Positions 49,895 through 63,897 of a stretch of DNA of 64,000 nt are shown here, piece after piece. Each line of letters starts with the position of its first letter. The stretch's first letter is position 1. Location: contig NW_026781907.1 of the NCBI RefSeq assembly GCF_031769215.1, forward strand, positions 1,178,001-1,242,000. The letters run 5' to 3'. The notes beneath the pieces are model-generated. The model saw nothing but the letters and a program-made list of their open reading frames with translations, searched no databases and was not told the DNA's origin. The DNA is from Ylistrum balloti. Its lineage: Eukaryota. Both the position numbers and the translations under genes were made by a program.

Positions 49895-49960
49895 CCTCCA
49901 CATGGATTCGAACCCAGGACCTTTGGCTTACTAGACTTACGCTCAACCGATCGAGCTGAG
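49895..49960 (-). mobile_element. tRNA-derived SINE head or tRNA pseudogene
   Basis: The minus strand reads agctcgatcggttgagc (A box) and ggttcgaatcc (B box). The anticodon stem does not pair and there is no clear acceptor stem. Confidence 0.5.
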
Positions 49961-51784
49961 ATTTTCTCTTTAGACGCCATGATGATAACCACCGGTATTT
50001 ACCAGCGTTACAATTATTAATTGCGATAACAATTATACAATATTCAAAATAATGAGGACAAAATCGTTGTCGTATTGTGTGTTTATTTTGGTAACAAATA
50101 ACATGTAATGCTGCATATTGAATGGAAAACAACCAGCATGATTAAATACGTTAGAAAAATAAACATTCTGTAAAACTTTATTGTCTGTACACTAAAACTA
50201 ATACATATATGGGGAATGCACGTGACCGAAGTGTATGACCAATGAAATACGCCTGTGTCACCTATGTTCGATGTGGACAGAGATGCCGAATCAGAAGAGA
50301 AGTTTTTTTCTTCATTTGAATTTGAACAAAAGTTTGCCTCGTGCTTAATTTCAAAACATCATTATTCCGAGACTGAAACTCTCTGTTTACATCACGAAAA
50401 GGCAATTAGTAGTTTTTTTGTCACAAGTTCTAAAGTGGTAAATATATAAAGTTGGAATCACGTTTTCAGTCATCAATGAAACACGACTATGGACACGAAT
50501 GACTTTATCGGATTGTGACATTGTAACGCTAAGCGACATGAAGCAAAATCTGGAATGTGTGTGAGGTATGGGAGAGAATATTGCTATTTGTTTGTAACTT
50601 AAAACTGTATACATTGTAACATACTACATAAAAAAGGTACTCGTACAAACAAATCGTGTCGTTTGGATTTCATTATAATCAGAGAACTGTGGCACAGTGT
50701 CTTTATTCTAGAGACTTGCACACAACGTTAACTTGTCCAGTGACTACTTCGCGTCAACATAGGTATGGAGTGGCTGGTTGGTCCTTCATATGTATCAGAG
50801 AAGTAGCCAACGTGAATTATGAATCAAGTCTTTCCAATCACGGAAAAAAATAAACAAGTTCAATATTATGATACACATCTCTGCATAAACTCCTGACCAT
50901 ATCATTGTTCTCAATGTCAGCCGTATCTGTTTAAAAACATACTTTAGAACTGTTCTTTGTCCATAAGTTGATCACCGACCAAGAAACACTGAACAAAGAG
51001 GCGCTACAATGCAATATGTTTTATGTCCGTGCGTTTCACTCCATTCAACATACAAAATGGGCACCGAAATCTCCATATTAAGGTTTCAATAGAAGTCCTT
51101 TTTCTTTGCGTCTGGTTGCATATAAGTCCTGGATAAACATATGCTTGATGACGGAATCGTTCTCCCTATACCTAGAACGTATGCTGATATACAATCACTG
51201 ATCGTAATGAACGAAGCATTTGGTACGTTTATTTAGTGTAAACATAAAGTGACCTCTAATTACGTATGTCGTTATAACTATATATCTAACATAGCCTGGT
51301 AATTACGAGATAATCATAATGTTGACGTAACGAGAAAATATCCGTCTAACTGGATTTCGGAAAAAATAATTTCAGCTGATAAAACGTATTTTAATTGTTG
51401 TTGCAAAAATGAATAAAAATTAAAAATGTAAATTAAAGAAATGAAGATATAACAGGCAATATTGATATATGTAATTGTACATAACGTTGATTGTTCCCTG
51501 GGAATGCGTAGATTTACAAAGCACTTGTTACAGAACTTGTTCCTTCATACTCTTCTGAATCCACTCAGAATGAATATATCTTGAGCCAGTTAAATACATT
51601 CATTACTGAATTCCTTGAAAAATTTCAAAGAAAATTCCGAACTTCATCATAAGATGGATCATTATACGTTAGGTCTACAGATCACAGTCTCCTGGTTTTG
51701 ATAAACCAACCTGGACCACATATTGCACTCTACACCTGTTGGGTTGAAAGTTTCCTAACTTGTCACAGTTCGATCTTTTCAACC

Positions 51785-52183
51785 TCAGCCTATTTTCTCC
51801 CGCTGCATCCGATGCCGAAGCTTGCTCCCGAACTTTGTGACCTCGTAAATTGACGAACCCGGTGTTTCCGGATGGGAGATGGCAACAATGGTGATGTCGT
51901 GGATTTTATGGACGACTAAAACCTCGTCATCAGCTTTCCCTACCAAAGTATCTTTGTCATCGTTGTGACGAAAACACGTGTAATAATTGTCACAAAATTT
52001 CATTGTCATTAGCGATGAGTATTTGGCGGATACAGCACATCCGATAGACCTTATATCCTTCTCGCTAACTTTGAAGTCGTGACTACAGGCAAGCATGGTA
52101 TGTCCATCGTGATGAAATATAGCAGCTTTTTCTACCTTTCCATTTTTTGTAAGTCTTGTCAATAAATCCTTCCAGGTATTCAT
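51785..52183 (-). CDS. Profilin-family protein, divergent and profilin-4-like, 132 aa, CDS in a single exon
   Basis: The ORF MNTWKDLLTRLTKNGKVEKAAIFHHDG...DFKVSEKDIRSI...YTCFR...LVGK...PGSSIYEVTKFGSKLR matches the profilin pattern (W near the N-terminus, AAI..DG, F.vs..e...i, Y..lR, terminal helix) and typical profilin length. Confidence 0.8.
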   Translation of the reverse strand: MNTWKDLLTRLTKNGKVEKAAIFHHDGHTMLACSHDFKVSEKDIRSIGCAVSAKYSSLMTMKFCDNYYTCFRHNDDKDTLVGKADDEVLVVHKIHDITIVAISHPETPGSSIYEVTKFGSKLRHRMQREKIG

Positions 52184-54339
52184 TTTTTAATTCACAATGT
52201 ATCAACACAAACAATATTGGAGAATGTTTAACTGGACTTTCAATGATAGTCTTTACCAGATAGTTAATGACAAGGTTAGAGTCACTCTCAGTTCACATAT
52301 ATCATGTATTCATATAAATTTCCAATTGGAAAACACACCACTATCAGTTAGCGATAAGCTGACCTGCTTACCTAGCATCACAACACTGAAACTGTCCAGG
52401 TGAGCCACATACATATATAGGTATGTAGCTCCGTGACGTAGCTGCAATGATTGACAGCGGTTTGTGATAGCGTTAGATGTATGTACACAGGTACCGCCCA
52501 CCGCCTTGACATAATGTTACGGAAGGGCACGGCAGGTATTACCTCAAATTGTACAGGTAATATATATACAGCGATCCTATATCCGTACCTAGCAGTCCTA
52601 ACACAGCGACCCCATACCTCAGGAATTTAGATTATTATTACATATGTTGTCGTCACCTTATCGCTAAAATTGATTACAAAATTAAAAAATAAAATAAATT
52701 TGGGATAATAATTAAAAATTGATATAAAATTAATGTCTTTGTTGTACTTTACATCCTGATTGAGGGATGATGTGGCAGAATTAATATTGAGTAATGCGTG
52801 CGGTGAATAGATTACATCACCGACTTTTCATTAGAAAGGGAGCATGTTCTTCACTTACATATATATATCACTTCCCCGATAACAAAATCGCGCGCATTAC
52901 CAGAGACTACGTGTTTTATTCAAACTTAGTAAGCTTGCGTATTGTACCGTCATTCCTCTGGTCGGACTGATTTTGTTTATTTTTCACTATCTCGTATTGC
53001 TTGTGTTGTGTAATTTGTTTTCTGGGTTTATCGTCTCGTCAACAGCCAAGGTCATTTTGAAGTAGAGTCTCGCTGTAATATCTAGCAACTACGTCAATGT
53101 ACATGATATATACCGTACAGGTACAGCAAGGGGCGGGGCCACTATCTGGAACGGGGAGAGGAGGGAGTGTCATATGCCGACTTTGGCACTTGTCATAAGT
53201 ATTAACAGCAATCCTTTTTCATCCAGTCGGAGATATTAAATGAAATCGTCAAAATTAATGATATTTAGAATCAATTATATTTCCTTTCAAATTAGTCACT
53301 TATAGAAATGAAACACGTGTCGTCGCGTGCATCTTAGAAGCAGGGTCCATCCGTTTGCCGTCCATTTAACATGAAACACGTCTTTCTGTTACCACACGAG
53401 AAAGAATTTCGTGTTTGTATTATGAAGATAGTAATCCATTTCCATCACAGCACTATGTATTTATGTTATTTCGAACGAGTTGACCGCGGAACATTTCCAC
53501 GGCCGATCTGGTCTCGAACCTCGGTTGTCTACAGGAAAGGTGGACAAGAAGTCGACATTTGATACAGATACAATAGACAATATATCGACTTTATTTAATG
53601 TTTCATATCTACGAAAGCCTGGAGAATGACATGGAATTAATTATGATCCTCGGTGTTGGTTTACTGGTATTTCGTCAGGATTTTTTTTTTATTTCAAATT
53701 ATCTTAATCACACAGGCGACTGGATGTCAGTCTTTAATTTTTTCCAATTGAAAGGTATATGAATAATTGTTTAGAAGACGTGTTTTATTGTTGAGCGGAT
53801 CATGAAGGAAAAGTGGGGTTGGAGGTTGGGGGTGGGGCTTGGGAGTGGGGTAATGAGGGTGGTGGTGGTGGGGGGGGGGGGGGTTATATAATTGTATTGT
53901 GAGTTGTGTGAATTGATTGCTAGTAAAGATTAACGACAACAGCCTTAGCTTCTGAAATCCACTAAACAATATTGATCACCATTTCTTAAAAACGGAATTT
54001 TCTTCTGAATAAGTTACACATGTAAGAATATCGTAGCAACTGTAATGAAATCTGAAAGCATATGCATGTAGCCAACACAAGTGCAAACCTAATCGTTTGT
54101 AATTAGCTATCTCGATGTTTACAGAGAAATGCAATGATTTAGTATCATCAACGACATTTATTTGTCTCATCACAGTTTCTTTCATTTTACCCAGACCTTC
54201 TAGATGCATGACGTCATTCCTGTTTTCATAGTCGCAGCATATTAAAGATAACGATTTATTGGAGGGAGGTACAATATATGAAAGTGAAAGATGAGTACGT
54301 AATAGAATTGCAGGACATGATGAAGTACTTATAAGATCG

Positions 54340-54680
54340 TGCTTTAAGGTGTGACACGGATGTTGATAGCGTAATAGTGCACGTGGGGTTCAAGAAATAG
54401 AGCACGTGGGGTGCAATAAAATCCTACTTACGTTATTAAATACCAGGATCCATTCTCGAAGTTTGACAGAATGTCTGAATAAAAAAAATGCCATACCTGA
54501 ATCGAGCAGACACCAAAACAACAGGAAAGACAACATATTCGGTACAAATATCCGGAAAAACATAAGTACAAACAGGATTGACAACATACGTGTACAAATA
54601 ACAGGGGGAGATAACAAGCATACTAACACCTGTAGAAGCAACGTACGTGTATTCAAATGATATGAAAGACAGCATGTTTA
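54340..54680 (+). mobile_element. Possible decayed LINE ORF1 esterase (SGNH-like) fragment
   Basis: DVDSVIVHVG and a duplicated HVGCN resemble the VIVHVGTN motif. The region is fragmented. Confidence 0.3.
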
Positions 54681-54797
54681 CACACAACAGAAAAGACAAC
54701 AAAGAAACCTGTTTTTAGTTATTGTTTAAGTTTTTAGTCACAGGCTGTATTTTCAATCCCACCGCCCTTACTTACTGTAAATTAATTGTTGAAAATG

Positions 54798-54830
<33 letters not shown>

Positions 54831-55216
54831 ATATATTATATATGTGGAGTAAACGTTTATTGTAACATCATAAATATGTATCATTCATACTTTTATTTAT
54901 TTTACAACAATTGCGAAACAAATTATCCAATTATAATAATCACGCACCTAAGCTGAAGTTTCTAACCCACTACTTCAAACATATGTTATGGCATAATATC
55001 TTATTATTATCTTTATTTCCTCCAAATATGAAGATTTACAAAGACAACAATATAAACAGCAATAAATTACATAAATTTACACACGTACACACCAACACGC
55101 ACATACATATATATACAGTTACAATATGTTTTGATAGTTAATTAGAGATATTTCACTACTTTCAACACATTTTCAAGATATAGGGTTTTGGTACTTATAT
55201 GTACCAGAAAAACAGA

Positions 55217-56760
55217 TTACTGATAATAGTTTTTCAACATTTGACATACACATGAGATAGCGCCTAATCTGAAATGTTCCATTTTCTCTGAAGATAAATC
55301 ATACTTTAATAGACTGCCCAACAGAGCATTAGTTAATTCGAAATCCGATAAGTTATGTATATGGACACTGAATTGAATATCTGACATGTTAATAACATAG
55401 CACCATAATTCGTCTCTAATACCTGCATTTGCATCACAATTTAGAACAATATGAGTTATAGAATCATTGTAAAATTTTCCACAAACATGACACAATTCCG
55501 TATTGGTAGACCTGCGAGAGGTTCACACACCATCTTAAAATACAATGTATAGATCTAGAGTACTGAGGATATTTTGCAGCAAGTTTCCATAAGCAATGTG
55601 ACTCTAGCTTGTTATGAATCGACGCGAACCGGAAGAAGTCACTGTCATTTGACATTCTTTGTTTCAATTCATTTTCTTCAAATATATATACGTACTTATT
55701 TACCAATGTTTTCCACTGTCGTTTACCAGGTAACGAGCCCGTTCTTATACAATCTGAAAAAATCCATACAATATATACTTTCGTAGGATCCGTACAATAT
55801 CTGGTATGAACCCACTTTGTTTTGCAGTACTCGTATTAAACATAAAAAATATAGTGGAAAATATTTTATATACCAAAGTGCTAATGTTCATACTATATAT
55901 TCGCCTCAAAAATAGTAACTTTCTTATATCAATATAAGCCTCAATAGATGTCCAACCTAATAATGAGTTAAACATATCGGTTCTCGTCCTTTTTTCAAAA
56001 CCTTGGATGGATTTAACAATAAAATTTTGTGCTCTTTCTAACATGGCTATTTCAGCTTTCGAGAGTATCCATAGTTCACAACCATACAACGCAGACGGAT
56101 ACACTTTAATCTTAACCAGTTTAGCTACAGTAAGAGGGTTAAGTGCACTGGGGTGAGCACCAGATTTAAGGAGAGACATGGTACCAGATTTTAGATTGTT
56201 GCAAGCTCTTTCTGTTCTTTCAGTTGAATTACATCTACCGTTTAACAGTATACCTACATGTCTAATTTCACTATCTACTGGCAGAACACAATTGTACAGG
56301 TAAACCTTTGGTATATTATATGGATTGCATTTCTTTGAGAAACATACTATTTTACTTTTTGTAGAAGAGAAGGTAAATCTCCACTTTTTGCTATAATGTT
56401 CACACATGCTGACCATTTGTTGGAGACTTCGATGATTCGTGCTCACTAAACATATATCGTCTGCTTGAGTTGGTATATTAACTTTAAGGTCAATAATCAT
56501 TGCTCCTTTCCCACATGTCTCTATTTCATTCAATAATTCATTAATAAAGATAAGATACATTTTAGCAGACAGAGATCCCCCTTGTAAGATTCCTCTATTC
56601 ATTTTAACATTTGGTGAGGTGAAACCATTATATGAAACAGAGCTTTCAACATATATGAGTGATATGCAGGTGCTCACTGTTATATCACAATTTTTCCTAG
56701 TATTTCTGGTTTTGATTTATTACAAATCATTGCCCGTGATTGACCTAATTATGTGCTGCT
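55217..56760 (-). mobile_element. 5'-truncated non-LTR retrotransposon: RT and C-terminal zinc-knuckle, frameshifted
   Basis: RT motifs GILQGGSLSAKMYLIFINELL, PTQADDICL and FSSTKSKIV in the 310-aa ORF. It continues after two frameshifts into CHVCGKFYNDSITHIVLNC. Confidence 0.9.
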
Positions 56761-57589
56761 CTGTTATTAACTCTTGTTTGTTTATCTTACTATGTTTTAC
56801 CTTCATGTGATAATTTGTTTATGTAACATCACATGTTTTGTTTCTGTTGTTTTTAATTATGTTTGTTTAAACAAATTAGCGCTACGGCGCTAATGTTGTT
56901 CCTTGTTTGACGTATGCGACGTCAAAGAAAAGTTTCTTGTGTCGTCTAACGACACAGGGGAGGTAACTGCGGGGAAACAAATTGGTATCCTTCGGAGGTT
57001 CTCTAAAATTTTCATTACTTGTCACAGACTTCGGCAAGGTGATCCGATGCGTTGATAATGTAAACAAAAGAAGACGGTAAGATAAAAAAAATTGTAATTA
57101 CGACAAAAACAGCAAACAAATATCAATAACTTCTATCCTAAATAATTAAAATGCACTATTCACTTTTGATTTTTAAGAGAAGTTAAGATATATCAGCACA
57201 TGCAAATTGTATCGATATATATGTAGTCTGGTTTACGTGTGAACATGTGAAGTTTCCATATTACATCCGGGATACATCACAAACGTACACAGGTATTCCA
57301 CGATAGATAGCTACGTAATGTCTACAGGATGTAAATATATAGTTTAAGATGTAAGTAATCATTAATAACAAGATATATACAGATATGTGGAGCCACACCT
57401 GTTATAATCTATTCTTTATTTTCCTGCTGTAACGTAAGGTCTATCATAAAGTGCCAGCGTCTTGGAAGCATTTGAATCTTGTATAGTCTAGATTGACTGT
57501 GAACTTTGACGTGTTGTGTCGAGGATGACAACTTAATTATCTTAAGTCGAAAGTAAAAGAATTTGAACATTAGAGTGTAAGCTCAGAAT

Positions 57590-57905
57590 GTCTTGTTTGA
57601 TTTACACGTATATGATGGGAGTGTTTGAACTTGTCAAACTTGTCTTCTTTAATTGAGTGTGACAGAAGTTGAATCTCGTCCTATTTGATAGACGGTGAAA
57701 GTCTTTGAATCGTGTAGTGTAGATTTAGGGTATTTGAGTTTAAATCTCATCCTGTAAGATTAAGGGTGAAAGTGTTTGAATCTCCTCCTGTTTAGTTAAG
57801 AGTGAAAGTTTAAATCTTGCCCTGACAGGTTTAGGATGACATAGTTTGAACTTCGCCCTGTCAGGTTAAAGGGGACGGTGTTTGAATCTTATCCTGTCAG
57901 GTTAA
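57590..57905. repeat. Degenerate tandem repeat of about 37-40 bp
   Basis: Recurring gtgtttgaatct..tcctgt.aggttaag.gtgaaa blocks. Confidence 0.7.
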
Positions 57906-58264
57906 GGAAGAACTTGTTCACATACAGTTTCAAATGAAAGAGCCTGACATCAGCTTGTCTGGTATTGACAGTACAGATATACATTGACAAGGAAGAAAAA
58001 AAATTACAGGTGATGGGCAACAGGAAATAAATAATTACTGAAATGGAATATTTCTGGAGTAAAAATTTCCCAATATCAATACTAACTTGCACAGCACCCG
58101 TATTAGATTTTGCAATTCCACTCACAATCTATTTTCTCGTTGCTCTGCACTTTGTAACATCTATTGCAACAGATTTGCCTGTACATTAAGGACGAGCCTC
58201 TCAACCTCGTAAAACCTGGCTGTAATACTCTTGCTACCCTCACAGCTTGCTACGTTTGACACCA

Positions 58265-60397
58265 ATGTCAAGAGATGAAAAGAAGGTAGTGTTTCTTCCA
58301 GCTAAATGTCTGCAGCTTCTTACAAGTTTGTAGATTTAATTGTGAATAAGCGATTTTTCCTTTTATTAATTTCGAACAATTTTAAGCAGTAAAACTTTAG
58401 ACACATAATGGTGTCATTATCCGTTGGTAGAACTGCAAACAAAATGTTGCCTCTGCTACATGTACATTTTCAGGTACACAAATATACCTGTTTGTGTTTT
58501 ATCATATTTTCATATCAATTCAGAAGCAGGTATATCCTTAACACAATGGAGAACTTGGTTCTTGTGTTCCCCAAGATTCATCACAGATACATTTTTCTGA
58601 TCCAAATTCACTGTCCTTCTTTATATTATAGATTACAATAGTCTCCTAGACTTTGATATCAATATGGTTTCAATGTAGACGACTAATACAAATGTTCCCC
58701 GAGACCGTGTGTGATTAGTATCTATTGCTATTCCATCCATAGATGCATGTGTCAGATGGGTTAGAGGTACATGAGGCAGCAGCGACTGGTGATGCTGACT
58801 CGTTAGTGGAGTATCTCCGCACCAACAAGTATGACGTTAATTTGAAGGATTCAGATTGGAATGACCGTGCTGCTTTACACTGGGCTGCCATGAGAGGTAC
58901 TGACTTTAACTTGAGGCAACACTTCACTAGAGTGAGGGGTAACCAGACTCTCCATCGGATCTTATTTTCCTTCAAGTTTCTGTATAAGGGAACCAAGTCT
59001 GTAGTGAGCTAAAATGACTACATATTCCTTCCATTTCCTGTAGATAAAGATGATCTTAACTTGAAGTGTACTTCTTATACCAATTCCTGTTTTTGGGGTA
59101 GTAAAAAAACTGAAATCAATTAATATCTTAAATTGTTAGGTCATATGTTTGTCTGTTTTGGTGCACATGCATAAATTTTCGCATTTTGAACATCTTCTCA
59201 AGGTCCACTGGTAACATTAAACTGGTAATTCATGGTGTTGTTAAGGAAAGGATGCTGACAAAATTTTCTTACTTATTTGGCCTGGTCAATAGTTCTACCT
59301 TTTACAGTCATGATGGAAATTTGAAACATACTTGCACTTAGTTGCAGGTTCAGAATATATATATGAGCTTGATGTTTTTCCAAAATTATCAGATATATAA
59401 AAATGCTAAATTCATTGAATTATGGGGCTAGTACACCTTCCCATCTAGATTTTGACTTTACATCTGATTACTTTGGGTTTTCCTAATTCATCCCTTTGGC
59501 TTCACAATTTGGGTCCTTCGCATCACTGATGAGGTCTAGAAGGTAAAAAACAGCTGTATGATGCTGTTAAATTCATTGTTAACTGGCTGTAATGTATCTT
59601 AATGTACACTTGCATTTAAAGGTGCTATTTTTTACATACAATTATCCTGCACTGACAATGAGAACATTTCACTGTAGGTTTTGTTGAGTGTATACGGATC
59701 CTACTTGAACATGGAGCAGATGGAGTGATCCGGACAGACTCGGGATGGACTCCAGCCCATTGTGCTGGAGAAACAGGAAAGCTGACTGTACTGAGAGCCC
59801 TCCACAGTGCTGGTGTTCCGCTAGACCTCACTGACAAATATGGGGATACCCCCAAGGACATCGCAGCTATTTACGGCCATCATGACTGTGTTCAATTTTT
59901 AAACCAGTAAGAATTCAGTATGCAACTTTGAAGGCATTAGGTAAACTAACGTGATATGTAGGCGAGGCAGGGTGGTGTTGGATGGGCTAGAGGGTCAGGG
60001 GTTAGGCTTATTACTAGGACAATGAGAAATGATTAAAATGAAATGAAGTTCTACTGAAGCTGCAATAGATGTTTGTGGACTTCTTAAAAGGAGCATGTAT
60101 TTATAGCAAAATAAATTCAAATGTAACACAACAAAAGATTTTATATAAAGAAGAATTCCAGGTAACTGAAAATATTGATCGAGATAGAAATTAAATTACA
60201 TTAAATTATTTTGGAAGTGAAGTGTTTTTAAAACATCTTTGAATAAAGGATAATATTTAAAGCTGTGGATCTAATTACAATAAGAATTATGTTAACAATA
60301 GAAAATCAGGTATTGAGCCTTGCTGGGATTAACAGGTGTTAAACTTTTATTTTCTAGTGTTGCTGAAGAAAAAGAAAAGGATGAACATAGGACGTGA
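58265..60397 (+). CDS. ANKRD66: Ankyrin repeat domain-containing protein 66-like, about 147 aa. Exons 58265-58285 (tentative), 58743-58896, 59678-59906, 60358-60397.
   Basis: Motifs HEAAATGD, KDSDWNDRAALHWAAMRG, GWTPAHCAGETG and GDTPKDIAAIYGHHDCVQFL match what I recall of ANKRD66 (DWNDRTPLHWAA, GWTPAHFAAE, GDTPKRIAQIYG). Introns are GT-AG in phases 0,1,2. AATAAA lies at 60657-60662. Confidence 0.85.
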
Positions 60398-60904
60398 CAA
60401 ATCTCCTGACACCAAGTCTTGAATCATAATTTCTACATCTCAACAACACCATTGCTAAGAAGATTGGTCATGATGTCAATCCATTAATGAAGATACAGTG
60501 GATTCATTATCATAGAATAGAAAAAAAAAAAGAATTGGAAGTGGGAAGTTTGGGACAACCATCACTTTCAGCTGTGTTTACTAACTCACTACAAGAACAT
60601 TGTATATAAACTGTTGTGGATATAATAAGTAAATACTGTTGAACATATTTATGTCAAATAAAAATTATAAATGACAAGTACAGTTAAGGTGATTGAATAT
60701 CAATCAATATAATCCTATCGATATGTCATCATTCATTGCAGACTTCTGTATGGTATACAATCATATATACGTCCACTGGGTAGTATGTTGTACATTGTAC
60801 AGTTTCTACCCTTGTTCAACATGTATCTCTGTAGTTGTTCAGATTTGATCACACGGAAAAAATGTCAATGATAGAAACAATTAATTTGTTTGTGCAGCTT
60901 TACT

Positions 60905-61225
60905 AAACAAGAGAATCGGTAAAACTGATGGATGCTCCCTGAATAAATGTTGGAAGTTTCATGTTGATACCTCTCATAGTTTCTGTGTTATGCTCTGGAC
61001 AAAATTTAAGCATGAAAAATAACAAAGGGCAATAACTCCTAAAATATGAAAAAGAGAGTTATGGGTCTTGTACACTGCACTTCTCCTTATTGAGATTTGT
61101 CTGCCTATGAAGTTTCATGTTGATACCTCTTATAAATTTTGTGATATGCTCTGGACAAAATTATGATGGTAGGTCAGAGGGACAAAGCCACAACTATATG
61201 CTCTCCCTTTGAGAAGCATTAAGAT
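60905..61225 (-). mobile_element. Non-autonomous Helentron-associated (HINE/DINE-1/Pearl-like) element, copy 2
   Basis: Reverse-complement homologue of 8975-9335, sharing cttgtacactgcacttctcctta, gttgatacctc and ggacaaaattat. It has the terminal hairpin atgct...agcat and the aacaagag end. Confidence 0.65.
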
Positions 61226-61971
61226 TTGTTTACATGTTAAGCTGTTCTGTTTACCCTTCAGCAAGTCAGAGGGTCAAGATATTACCTCTAAAATAGGGCT
61301 GTAGTCTTATTACAGGACAAATTGATGACAATTGATGAATGGATGGACAAACCACAGAATTTGCAAATGCACGGTGGTCTGAAAAATCTGATGAATTCCC
61401 ACGATGATATTTCAGACCATATTTGGTATAAATTCATTCAAGCATTAAGGAAGAAAAAGTGTTTTGAAGCAAAATCATTGACTAACTTTCCCATTTGGGG
61501 TCCTGGCCCAAGGTCTCTAGGGGGTCAAATCAACTTTCTGTATTTAAGAAATGATGATCCACCTGCAACAATGTTTCAGATAAAATTTGGTTGAAATATA
61601 CCCAGGCATTAAGAATGAGTAGCATTTTGAAGCAAAATATTGCCTTATTTCCCCTTTTGGAGCCCCATGAACCAGTCCCTAGGGGTTTAATCAAATTTCT
61701 GAATTTAAGAAATATTTGCCTATACTAACTGATGAATCAGGCCAAATAAGTTGAAATCAACAAAGGTATGAAAGAGGAGTAGGGTTTTAGAAGATTATGC
61801 ATGACACAAGGAAGACGGCACACGACGACGGACGAAGCTTGATGACTATAAAAATGCACTTTACACATCAGTAAACAAAAAAAGGGAAAATTGTTTCTTA
61901 CATTTACCTTTTGTAAGCATTTTTTTCTTTGCTTTAAAGCTCCTGTAAAACTTAAAATGTGGTTCATTGGA

Positions 61972-62078
61972 CACAGCTGTACAACTGATGGAATAGCTGT
62001 ACAACTGATGGAACAGCTGTACAACTGATGGAATACCTGTACAACTGATGGAACAGCTGTACAACTGATGGAATAGCT
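61972..62078. repeat. 20-bp tandem repeat, about 5 copies
   Basis: Unit acagctgtacaactgatgga. Confidence 0.93.
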
Positions 62079-62349
62079 AAACATCTGAATGCAGTTCACT
62101 GAAATGTTTTCAATACAGGAAGTTATCAAAAAACAGTTTCACAATAACGTCAGACTTGACGTTGACTTAAATGTTAACATCAAAGACAAGTCGCATCACG
62201 TGTAAGATCAGTTTTAATACATGTAATACAATGACAATACCTTATTACTGACCAGACCAGGATGACTGGACAGTAATGATAAAAAACAATTTCTCATCGA
62301 CATGAAATGGCTTAAACTGACACTAACTCTCCCTAATGTACACCAACTC

Positions 62350-63345
62350 TTCTTCCTCATCTACTTCAAATATCCCTCATAGACATCAAATCTTCCTTAT
62401 AGACACCAAATATCCCTCATAGACATCAAATCTTCCTTATAGACACCAAATATCCCTCATAGACATCAAATCTTCCTTATAGACACCAAATATCCCTCAT
62501 AGACATCAAATCTTCCTTATAGACACCAAATATCCCTCATAGACATCAAATCTTCCTTATAGACACCAAATATCCCTCATAGACATCAAATCTTCCTTAT
62601 AGACACCAAATATCCCTCATAGACATCAAATCTTCCTTATAGACACCAAATCTCTCATCTATATCAAATCTCCCTCATCGACACTAAATCTCTCTCATCT
62701 ACATCAATCTCCCTCATTGACACCAAATCTCTCTCATCTACATCAAATCTTACTTATAGACACCAAATTTCTCATCTATATCAAATCTCCCTCATCGACA
62801 CTAAATCTCTCATCTAGATCAAATCTCCCTCAAAGACACCAAATCTCTCTCATCTACATCTATATCAAATCTCCCTCATCGACAATAAATCTCTCATCTA
62901 GATCAAATCTCCCTCATCGACAATAAATCTCTCATCTATATCAAATCTCCCTCATCGACACTAAATCTCTCATCTATATCAAATCTTACTTATAGACACC
63001 AAATCTCTCTCATCTATATCAAATCTCCCTCATAGACACCAAATCTCTCTCATCTACATCAATCTCCCTCATTGACACCAAATCTCTCTCATCTACATCA
63101 AATCTCAGTTATTGACATCAAATCTCTTTCAGAAACACCTGGATATCTGGACTGTAATGATAAAACTTGTGGATACATAATTTCTCATTTGTACATCAAT
63201 CTATCATGGACACCAAATCTTTTCTGGACATCAAATCAGTTAAGGATATCAAACCTCACTCATGTGGCACCTATCTCTTTTATGGACACTAAATATCTTC
63301 CTTACACCAAATCTCTCTTATTGGACATCAAATCTCTCAAACCAC
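62350..63345. repeat. Minisatellite based on a unit of about 20 bp: a perfect 40-bp dimer block (about 62370-62650) grading into degenerate 20-22-bp units
   Basis: agacatcaaatcttccttat and agacaccaaatatccctcat alternate exactly, followed by diverged atcaaatctctctcatct units. Confidence 0.93.
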
Positions 63346-63566
63346 AAGGATGACTGGACAAAAATGCTGCAACCATTCACTAATAGTATATACAAATTGT
63401 TAACAATTTTAAATTCCCAGGAGCTAAGAACATTATAATGGTATTATGATAACCAGCTGCCTCAGGATTATGTATCTCAGTGTACCAGTCTGGGTCAAAA
63501 TACTTGTATAAATTTTAACACCATCAATTCAAGTTAAAGACCAACAAATATAAAATGTCGAACTTT

Positions 63567-63897
63567 CTGTGTTAGCCCTTATAACTGTAAATTTGACTGT
63601 GTCTTAGCCCTTATAACTGTAAATTTGACTGTGTCTTAGCCCTTATAACTGTAAATTTGACTGTGTCTTAGCCCTTATAACTGTAAATTTGACTGTGTGT
63701 TAGCCCTTATAACTGTAAATTTGACTGTGTCTTAGCCCTTATAACTAAATTTGACTGTGTCTTAGCCCTTTTAACTGTAAATATGACTGTGTCTTAGCCC
63801 TTATCACTGTAACTTTGACTGTGTCTTAGCCCTTATAACTAAATTTGACTGTGTCTTAGCCCTTATAACTGTAAATTTGACTGTGTATTAGCCCTTA
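63567..63897. repeat. 32-bp tandem repeat, about 10 copies
   Basis: Unit ttagcccttataactgtaaatttgactgtgtc; some units lack gt. Confidence 0.95.

Noticed and set aside
49895-49960. Functional tRNA gene (also the tRNA-like bits at 17180-17260, 19770-19830 and 40855-40910)
   Set aside because: A and B boxes are present but the anticodon and acceptor stems do not pair; these are better explained as SINE heads.
49095-50132. Thr-rich mucin-like ORFs on the minus strand
   Set aside because: The 37-bp unit is not a multiple of 3 and frames alternate between units; there is no signal peptide or splice context.
6190-62078. Most tandem units contain a 6-8-bp palindrome (CCATGG, ATCGAT, AGGCCT, TACCGGTA, ACAGCTGT)
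   Set aside because: A 6-bp palindrome is expected about once per 64 positions, so 30-90-bp units will often contain one by chance.
63567-63897. Telomere-like repeat (ttagccc)
   Set aside because: It is a 32-bp minisatellite with one such motif per unit, not a (TTAGGG)n tract.
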